A stretch of 64,000 nt of DNA from Tubulanus polymorphus. Taxonomy: Eukaryota; Animalia; Nemertea. Location: contig NC_134029.1 of NCBI RefSeq assembly GCF_964204645.1, positions 17,788,950-17,852,949 of the forward strand, in the 5' to 3' direction. The position numbers were made by a program, and so were the translations under genes. Positions 13,501 to 24,400 of this stretch are shown here, one piece after another; within the stretch, counting starts at the first letter, position 1, and each line of letters begins with the position of its first letter. Below the pieces are notes generated by a model that ran no database searches, was not told where the DNA came from, and saw nothing but the letters and a program-made list of their open reading frames with translations.

Positions 13501-16500
13501 ATTCAAGAGATGGATGAAGTGGAACCTATTCTTTACCCGCTCCTTCGAGGAGATCTAATTTCTCAAGGTAATGATATATGAACACTTGTTATATGAACAC
13601 TTAATAGTTTTGTTTACTCAAAACACTTGTTTAGTGATTTATGTGAACACGTATTGAATGAAAAAAAAATTAAAATGATTTGGATTATGTACCTATGTTA
13701 ATATTTGACTCAATTGGCAGCAATTCCCTTTTGAAACTGATTTGATATTCGGTAGTTGAAGTTTATTCAATGTTAACAGCAAAACAATTCTTATATTATA
13801 CATAATATGCGACAGATGAAATCTAAGTAACAGTTGCCTGGGCAGATCTAGTTGTAAATATCAATTCTAGAATCACCCGGTCCCGAAGCAACCGGACTTA
13901 GTGTCATGTCATTCTACTTTCGATTTTCCCCATGATCTACAAATTGGGTGCACTATGACGTCATTTAGTCCAAGTGGGCTAAAAATTACAAGCTATGATT
14001 TTTCGTTTCAGGTCCCAGATGGGCTTAAAATGACGAGCTATGATTATTCATTTCAGGTCCCAGATTCGTCGTTCAAATCGGGGATAAAATCATCGACTAC
14101 AACGAAGATTTCCGTCTGTTTATGTGTACGAGAAATCCGAGCCCAGAGATTCCGCCCGACGCTATGTCGGTTATAACCGAAGTGAATTTTACTACTACCC
14201 GTGCTGGTCTCACTGGACAGGTATGAAAACAACAGTAAAGTTGAACTTGGTTATCATTGTAGTTATTTTTCATTGAAGAATGGGAGGCAATTGTCTGGGG
14301 TAGGGGGAGTTGTAGTTGTTCCACTTGAAAATTTAGCCATTGGTTTGATCTTTGATATTTACAGTACATGTATACATTAAAGCATGAAAAATATGATGCT
14401 TAATCCAGATATCTCTATGAATGTGGATTAATTTCATCAGTCGGTTTTACAGGAAAATTAGAGATGTGAAGATTTATTAGATAAAACTAGCTTCAGGATT
14501 TAACCCTATGAGAAAGTTCAATTGATATCATATTGACCTGAATTGAACTTTTAAAAAATACTTAGTATCAAATTCTCTCATTAGCCATAAATCTAGCAAA
14601 CTCTAGAAAAATTGGTTATTTGAATGTCCCAATAATGGAGTTCTTAATTGTATCCATTTTCTGATTCATACATAAATGATAAATGTATAGAAATGCACTA
14701 TTTGCAGAGTTTATAGATTTTTATCGATTTCTTCAGTTTTTGGTTTAAGTTTGACTCTTAAAAACTTCATTCATTCATTCTTTTAGAGCAGGTAAAATTC
14801 GCTTGTTTCAAATATTATAAGCCCTAGAGGCAAATTCAAAATTGAAGTTCAAATACAGAACTTGGCCTTTGTAAAAAATTCTTGGTCTCCCCGATTCACC
14901 AGAGCTCCCGCAGGTTTTTCTTTAAAACTCATCTTCCATCTGGCTCGAGGGACCAGAATGTAAAGAGAAATTCTTGGTTCACAAGAGTCGAAGACAAGAC
15001 TGACAAGAAACAAGAAACAAGAAACTTGTATTTTCGGAACTGACTGTACATTCTTTATTACAGATTATTGTTAAAATTTCATTTTCAACAGTCTTGAAAA
15101 TTAATTAAAATGTATTCCTTTGCTGCAGATTTGATTAGTTCATCAGGTTAATTGATTTATTCAATGCTTTTCTCCATAGTTGTTGGCAAACACAATTCAA
15201 AATGAAAAACCAGAACTTGAAGTGAGAAAAACGGAATTACTGAAACAAGAAGAAGATTTGAAAATTCAGCTTGCTCAAATGGAAGAGTCTCTTTTGGAGG
15301 TATGGCAAAATCTAGAATCTAAAGTGTCAATCAGCTGTATGACAAATTGGTTGATTCAAGTGTTTGAAATTGAAGTCAATTTCTTCAAGAATAGTTGCAC
15401 ATTTTTCACTTACATTTTCCATGATTCTGACTGTGATAAAAAGATGACTTTTTGCCATTCCTTCAACGCAGTGTAAAATTGATCCAGATTGTGGAACTGA
15501 TTTCTGAAAATTGACAGACCTTTTCACTTTCACTGTGATCAGAGGTCAGCAGGACTGATGGGTTAGGAAGTTCTCCGTTGTTGTCCATTTGTCTGTCAAT
15601 TTTTACTTTAAATCACTACAGGTCCTACAGTTTTTATCAGATCAAAATGAAACGTAGTACCAATAATCTTTGGGCCATGACCTAAGGGCCGTCTATATTA
15701 TCATGTCCGGATTGATATCTGGATGATCCGGTGATTTCAGTGAAAAAGAGTACAATCAGAGAACGACTGTACTATCACTTGAAAGACTGGTTGCTGAGCC
15801 TATACTGGTTGCCCATTAATGCTATGCTGAACATGTATCTTGTTACCCGCACGGCTCCACTCTGCTACTAGACCACCTCGGACTCCGGATGATCACCTGA
15901 TTGATAAAAGAGTGAAATTGGAGACATCAGGACGTGTCGTGATTGATAATAAGGGTCAGGAACATGGAGCTGTTTTTTTATTTGTAAATTGGCCCCTTTG
16001 CTGTTCTTGAATTTGATCCCTTAGAGGTACCCTTAATTATGGGGCCATTAGATAAATGAAGAATAATGAAGTCCACAAAACACGGCATAGCATAGTAGAT
16101 CTCAGCTGAGAGGCTGCTTATTCAGATACTTCTACAATTACCATATGTCCATTGCGTAAAGCCTATTCTTCAGAATCAAACTATAAAAGTAAGCTTTCAT
16201 CTTGATACTCACAAATTTATGCATCATCTACAAATCATCTGAAATCGAATAATGTGAACCTGTTAGCTACTGTAATCGAGAAAATGGATCGAACAATTCA
16301 ATATTTTGGTTTGGCTGGCTTTTTGATTAATCGAAATTATCTTTCAGGAACTCGCGAATGCCCAGGGAAATATTCTCGACAACAAGGAGCTGATCGAATC
16401 GTTGAACAAAACAAAAGTTAGCAGCATCACAATATCCGAGTCATTGTCAGAATCGGTTCGTCTGCAGTCATCTCTCGACCAAGAGCGTAATACCTATTTG

Positions 16501-18396
16501 CCTCTTGCTGAAAACGGTAGTCGACTGTATTTCGTGATCATGGATTTGTGTAAGCTGAACAACATGTACAGATTCAGTCTGGCGTCTTTCCTGCGACTTT
16601 TCCAAAGATCTCTTAATGCTCGACAGGTACGTCCGCAATCAATGAGAATATTGTCGATGATGTAAATCCGTACCAAGGCCATAAACGCATTCATGACTTA
16701 ACCCTATACAGTTTCGAACCACTGGTTAAGCTATTTCTGCCAAAAATCGGTATCAATTCAGTTGCCATTTGGTATCTTTTCATGAGAACTAATACGTCTA
16801 ACCAAAGAAATTTGTAAGACGAACTATAATTTAGTTTTTAGCATGTACTGGGTAGATAAGTGGCAGCACTGACCTGTATCAAAAGTTTTGAATCAGCAGA
16901 ATTCTACATAACCCATCTACATTAGGCGCGATCACATGGAGACGAGTTGACCCAGACTAAATAGGCACGGATCGAGTCAAATTTTGGCCTGTGCCTAATT
17001 AGAGAGCGCGTTCATTTGTAAACCACTCACTCGTTATTACTAAATAAAGTGAAGTGAGTCACTTCTGGAATTCACACGCAATTATTGATCCGTGCTTAAG
17101 TTTGGCTCGGGCTTGGTCCAACATTTTTGATGGGGCCAAATTTACTCACAGTCACTGGCCCATTTGGGCCAAGCCAAAAGCACTCGTGTGATCGCAGCTA
17201 TAACCGGTGGGGTATTATATGGTATTATGTTATTTACCTTGTTCACTTTATGCCATATGATATAGAAAAAGATTCTAAAGGTTTAACTTTAAATGGGTTT
17301 TTGTCTGAAGATTGATTCATCGAAGCTAAATGGCAAAGGCTGTTCTTTAGACTTAAGTCAGGATTGCACAACCGATCCAGATAGTAAAGTGTGAAATTCA
17401 AGAAGTCCCTCAATCAAAAATGAATGTGTACTGATAAATCAAACCTTACAGCAAAACTTTTCACAGCTATCATTTTGTTGAAAATTTTTGCTATTTCCCT
17501 CCTAAATAATTGATATATCAATAAGTAGTTTCAAGTACTGTCGTATAACTATAAGTAAAATCTATTAACAGCTATTCCTGAAGTATGAATTTTGTACCGG
17601 TGTCTAACTAATCACTGTATGGAAAGTTCTTGAAGCAACATTATGTATATATACATCCTGTCGCATCATTTCTTGTAAATGGAAACATTGAAGAAAAGTT
17701 ATTGAGTCTGTGTGAGTTTGCATGATGTGTATTAAACATGTAGTCGTCTTCATTCAGTGTCGCGGTTCTAGCCAAAATTCTCACTGACCTCATATTCCAA
17801 CGGACTTATCAAATGATAATGCTTTAATCCTCATAGCAGTTTTAACTTTTCAATATAATACGCAGAACACTAGGAATGGATGTTGTTTTATGCTAACCAA
17901 TGCTTAATGCCGGTATCAATCTGCAGCTCTGAACAGCCCCCATCAGACAATTGATATAGTAGTGTTAATTCACTCTCGACAATCACTTTTGGTAACTGTG
18001 GTGATATGATTCTTTATGTCTGGCATTGCTAGTCCATTTGTTAGTTCATCTTCGATTCAAAGTGCCTGTGGTGAAGTACTGAACACATGCGAAACCTCAA
18101 TGACAAAGATAGAAATATAATCCAGTAGAATGGTAATAAAGAAAGTATCAAATGTAGGGTTGGATTCAGGCTGCCAATTGTTTCCTACATTGAGCATGAA
18201 TACCGGGTACCAAAGTGTCAAATTCAGTTTGATGGAACGGCTGCATTCAAGAGCCCCCTCTCCGGTCCCCCGATGTTTGTTAAGCATGATGTAGTGATGT
18301 AGCTTTGTAAATCTATTATATTTCTAGGAGGATGGTACTTTATTAGGGGTAAGAGAGATGAGTGTGCTCTGCCGGTGACATGTATTATGTTTTGCC

Positions 18397-18436
<40 letters not shown>

Positions 18437-21400
18437 GTACACAGAAATACACATTAACAACTACATAGCACTGTGTGATTCAGTTATTTGAAATTCTTTG
18501 CGTCAAATCAGGGATGTCCTATAATAAATAATGCCACTTGACAGTCATTTGTTGAAAATTTTGAAAGGATAATTGAAAATGTTTTTCCTTGGATTGAAAA
18601 TTGTCCACGCAATACTTTAAAATCACTTCTATATTGTGTTCTTTTTCAAATTAGTATCACATTATATTTAATATGCATGTGTTTTTTATGTGTTTTTGTA
18701 GTTTTTGTCAAACATCAATTAAAATTGACGGACATCACTGAATAGATGCGCAGAATGCATAGATTCCTGTATAATGTTATAAAAGAATGAATCCTAGAAA
18801 ATCGTTGATAATCACATCAATTCTAATTTCTCATATATACATGTATATGTGTGTGTTCTGGCTGTAACAATGTTTCTAACTATCAAACAAAAAAGCAACA
18901 ATGTTTTTTCTTTTGTGTTTCAGCCTTCAACTTGTTCAGTTTTAGTTTGGTGGATGTAGGATTTTTTTTATTTGCAGTGATCTATAATTGACTGTTTGTT
19001 TACTTTATATATTGCACGCCAGCATCAAAATCTAACCCCCTTTTTTGTTCTCAGCAATTGTGGTGGATTTGTAAGGGACACCAAATAAGTGTCAAATCAA
19101 ATTAATCAATCAAATAAGAGGTAATATCTTCCTTATTTTGAGATTACAAAAAAACTAACCTGGCGAAGCTGATTTCCGTCCTATAACCAATTAAAACAAA
19201 ATCATGATTAATACATGTGTATAGAATATTCACTTTGGACCTGATCAAAATTCAATTCATTTTCAATTTACTTTCATCTTGAATTTTGACCTTCCACGTC
19301 CGGTAAATCATGTCGCTAGATGAACTCGCATCAATCTTCGAAGTTGATATAGCCTATGTAGGACGATTTTTAGCCCAGTTTAGGTGAAGCCCCAGCGGGC
19401 TGTTGCGTTTGCTTGTTGTCCATCTGTTCATCCAGCTGTTGGTTCATCCCATATTGAATATTGAAATTGTGCGATTGTCGAGCATTTCAAACCATTTCGC
19501 AGGTGGGCGTGGTATCCCTGGATCACTAGTTATTTTCTATTCATAGAATTTGTTGTCTTGCACTTGCTTACCATAAGTAGAATCCCTGATTGGCACATTC
19601 GACTACGATGTCCTCATTATTAACATTCCGTTTGCAGGATGGTGCTGGTACTGAAATGAGAATCAAAGCTTTGATAAATGAGCTTCAGTTCCTCGTGTAC
19701 GAATATGTCTGTCGGTCATTGTTTAAAGCCGATCGGTTGATGTTTGCGTTGCACATGGTACACGGCATGTATCCTGAACATTTCCTTGAAAATGTAAGTA
19801 TCATTAGGGTTCATTTTTGATGTAGACAACCCTGGTATTTTTCATAAAACTAACAATGGTATGGCTAACAGTCAGTCTTGCCTCTTATTTTTGAACTGGA
19901 ATATGTCACTTGGATCCCACTTCTAAATATTATCATTCACATCACCTAAAAAATATACTCAGTGACATTGACTTGTTTGGTAGTCTTCATTGAAAAATGT
20001 TTGGCTTAGAAAAAAAAAATCTGAAAGAGAATTTGCTTTTTGAGTATGATAGAATTTACCTTATTTTTACAAGGTAAATAACATGATATACATGTATATA
20101 AATGTCTTTTAGCTCCTCTGCTTAACAGGAATAATCAAAATTGACTAGATTCTTAATGTTTTGTGGGTTAGATAAGTTCACGGTAATGGATGTTATAACA
20201 GCTTTTTAAAACATGAAGCCTTTCTTGTTATTGCGTATGTATGTTTTTCATAGGAATGGGAATGTTTTACTGGTTTGATTGTATCTGATGTGAAACATGA
20301 CAGTCAGAAGTTGACCCGTGATTTTCCTAGTTGGATTGATCAGGAACGAGCCCATGCTGTTGCCATGCTGAAGGTAACTGAAATTGGTATATAGGGTTCA
20401 TATAAAAATGGAGGTGTAATCTTGTATCAGCGCATCACTCAGACAGTTGCTTTGAATTTCGTCATGAATGAATTCAAATTAGATTTGAGTTCTATGCTAT
20501 GCTGTTAAGGACATTGAAAGATTTCTTGTTATCAAGAATTTCATATGCGTGGGTGCCGGTTATGTGTTTTGCTTACAGTCCAATAGCAAATAAATAATGA
20601 ATTCAGTTTGGATACCAGTGGCATGATTCTAGTTGACTAAAGCCACAATCACACGGAGACGATTTGGGGTTGGCCAAATTGGCACGGATCAGGCCCGAGT
20701 TTGACCCATCCAAATAAGAGAGCCCGTTCACACGAACCAGTTGCAATTAACAGGCAATAATTTAACCTGTGCTAGAATTCTGCTCGCACCTGGTCCGACG
20801 TTTATGATCAGGCCAAAAACACTGGTGCGATCAGGGCTAATGCTATGTTCAAATGACTTATAGGATACCTCTGACTTGAATTACAGGGTGCATTCACTTG
20901 CATTTTTCATGAAGTATTCATTGAGCACAAACATACATATCTTTGGGTTATATGAAATATAAACATTTCTAAACATACTAGATCAAGCCCTTAATGATAA
21001 TTGGTCCTTTTCAAGTATCTTAAGTTAAACTCAATATTGAAAGCAAAAGTGTCTCAGATTTGACTAAGGTATAGAAAACTAAGAGAAAACAATGATCTTT
21101 TTTTCAGTCAACATTCCCAGAACTGTATCAGATTCTAACTCTCACTGATTCTGACATGTGGATGACGTTCTCTCGAAGTAGCCAGTGCGAACAGGACTTC
21201 CCAACTGCTATTCTGAAAAAGACAACACCATTCCAGCGGGTTTTGGTTGTACAGGCCATTCGCCCGGATCGCTTACAGAGTGCAATGACCCAGTTTGCCT
21301 GTAAAATTCTAGGTAGATTTCTATCCGATATTGTTGCGACATTTAATGTCGAAAGTATGATTCCAAAAATGGAATTTCAGGGTACTTTCTAACCAGATGG

Positions 21401-24400
21401 TGTTTTCCTTTAATCTAATTGTGCCATTTTTATGTTCATAACAATTCAAACATTCCTTAAATCGATTACTACACAGCAGCCAAATGATCTCATTGATCCA
21501 GGCTTCAGGGTTTCTTGCTTCCTCTTAGCCATATATCCTTGAACAATTGCGGGAAATTTAGCTACAAATTTCCTTTCGGGTATTGGGGGATATTTTTCCT
21601 AAATCATTTAATCAGTTCACTTATGATATTTCTGTTTAGATATGAAAGGATTGTCCCCTCCTTCGTTGAACCTGAAAAAATTGTTCCAACATGAAACGAT
21701 TGCCAGCGAACCTGTTCTGATCATCATATCACCTGGTGCTGACCCCTCACAGGAGTTACAGGAACTAGCTACTGACTGTATTGGACAGGACAAGTATCAC
21801 CAGGTAGTGGCCCTGTCATGCTTTGATGATTTCGTCAGTGTATGCTGACGCACCAAGATTTTTTAAAACGCGGGCAATACACGATTGATGCAATTTTCAT
21901 CATATTTGGGTGAAACATAGCTCATTCGTAACAAGTTGACTGTAAACATGAAACCATCTCCTCTTTGCCAGATGGTAAAATGTATTGATATAAAACCCAC
22001 GTTTAGATGAAATTATTGTAAGGATTTTCAACCCCAAATTTTGTTTTTCATTTCCATATCAGTCTTATCCAAGAAATGATTTGAATGCAGGTCGCTATGG
22101 GTCAAGGTCAGGCTGATATCGCCATGCAGTTGATGCGTGATTGCAGCAGAAATGGAGAATGGCTCTGTTTGAAGAATCTTCACCTTGTTACAGCTTGGTT
22201 ACCTCTTCTTGAAAAGGTATATAATCCGATTTCCTAATCATTAGTTTACCCAATATTTGAAGGTATTCATTGGAAAACTAGATTTCAATCATAACTTCAA
22301 TTAGGGAATCTATAGACTGTTGTATTTTTAACATTTATTTCATCAGGAATTGAACAGTTTGGAACCACATGCTGATTTCCGTCTGTGGTTAACTGCTGAG
22401 AGTCATCCAAAATTCCCCACTATACTCCTGCAGACAAGTCTTAAAGTTACTTACGAGGCCCCACCTGGTGTGAAGAAGAATTTACTGAGAACATATGATT
22501 CGTGGAGCCCCGAATTTATCAGCAAGAGTGGAAATATTGTGCGATCGCAGGCGCTCTTTGCGTTGGCCTGGTTCCACGCTGTCTGTCAGGAACGACGCAA
22601 TTACATACCACAAGTGAGTTTTTTGTCATTAGATAATGCAGGAAATATGAATGAATTGCTCTGAGGTTGGTTGAACTAAAGAAAAAGTGGAAACTTGACC
22701 AATGATTAACATTGAAATGTCAACATTTCTACTTAACTGATATGAGTTATCAACAATTATATGATTTATAATCAAATCAAGTATTTTTCGTCAATCTTAA
22801 CCATTTCAGTGCTGACTAATTAATACACCATAGTGCTGGAGATGATTTGAAAATTTTGAAAAATTCCACCCTAGTGTGTTAAAGAACGGGAATACCACGG
22901 TAGTGCGTCTACACTGCAGAGCAGTGTATCGTTAGTTACTAAATATTTCACTATGTTTGACAGGTGCTGCCATCTTTCAAAAGAGATAAAAACTAATTAC
23001 TAATTAGATCATCGGTGTACTAGCAAAATCCATCACCGTTTTATACACGGCACTGCGGTGTAGATGCACTGAAAGGGTTAAGTGGTGTTATTTAGGGCCG
23101 TACATAGCCTGAGCAGGGAGGAGCAGTTGCCCGGAAGAAAGTTTGGGAAAAGTGCCCTTTTTGAAAGATTATTCAGGGATTCCCCGCGGATCCGCGGTTT
23201 CCTGCGGATTTCGGTATTGAAAAATATAAATTTTCCAAATAGTCCAAAAATTATGTAAAAGTATGGGGGGGGATCGATGATCTCACTCAATTGGTCCGGC
23301 GCGATCGGTAATCAGGTGAACCGTAAAAGCGTTCAGTGCCTGTTTTACTGAGTATCGTCACGTAAAAGTATCGCATTTCAATGCATATTCATTGCAACAC
23401 AGTGATTTTGTATCTACATTTGTACTACGATGAGTGTGTATGTATTTTATTGATCGGTTGCAGACACGCGCGTGCGGCAACAGTAGTAATGTATGTAGGC
23501 CTACATCCTTCCCCGGCAGGGATTCGAACCTGATGGCATCGAGATTGCCACGGCACGAAACCCTGCCACAATCGACCGTGTGCGCAGATACATGCGCAGT
23601 TCAGATGATGTGATTTTTAGCTAATCAGAAATCCCGTTTTATTTTAGCCCGGGTTTTCCCATTTATAGTTCCTCCTTGAAATTTGCCTCAACGATTATAC
23701 AACGAGCAATCTGATTGGTGCCGGCAGTTTTCGTTCGGATAGTGCGCATGTAACTGCGCACATGGTCGTCTATGGCAGGTGTTCATGCCGTGGCTGAGTG
23801 TAGCGATGCCATCAGGTTCGAGTCCCTGCAGAGGGAGGATGGCAGGCCTACTTACTGTTGCCGCGCGTGTGTGGCGAACGTCTTCGGATATTATACACTA
23901 CTGGGTGATGATTTTTAGTGACCATTCATCGGCATATTTTTACTGCAATAATTCAGGGCTCGACCCGTAATGCATGAGATGCTGAATGTCATCGAATGAG
24001 CATGTACAACATTGGAACTAGCCATTGCCTTCCAAAATATAATAGTCGTTCATGGGTTCAAGATCGCTCTAAGTGCTCGGAAAACGCATTTAATTTCTAA
24101 AATTTTCTTGGGGGAGGACCCCCAAACCCCCCAAAATAGCTTTGCGCCTTAGGCGCTCGCTAGTGCTGACGGCTACGCTGTCAACTAATTTGCGTGTGTA
24201 ACTCAAGAAAAAAAACCCGCGGATTTTACAGGTCGGCGGACTCATCCCTGATTATTGTTACAGCCAATACTTCACTAGGGACCGACAAGCATTTTATTGT
24301 AGGCCTAACAGTCGTTTTGATGCGAGGCAGATCTGTGCAAGTATCACTTCGAAAATGTATGGATGGAATATTTTAAAATTAACTTTTTTTGTGTTTCAGG

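Noticed and set aside
23774-23835. Functional tRNA gene
   Set aside because: A T-loop motif is present but I could not form anticodon or acceptor stems. It is kept only as a tRNA-like repeat arm.
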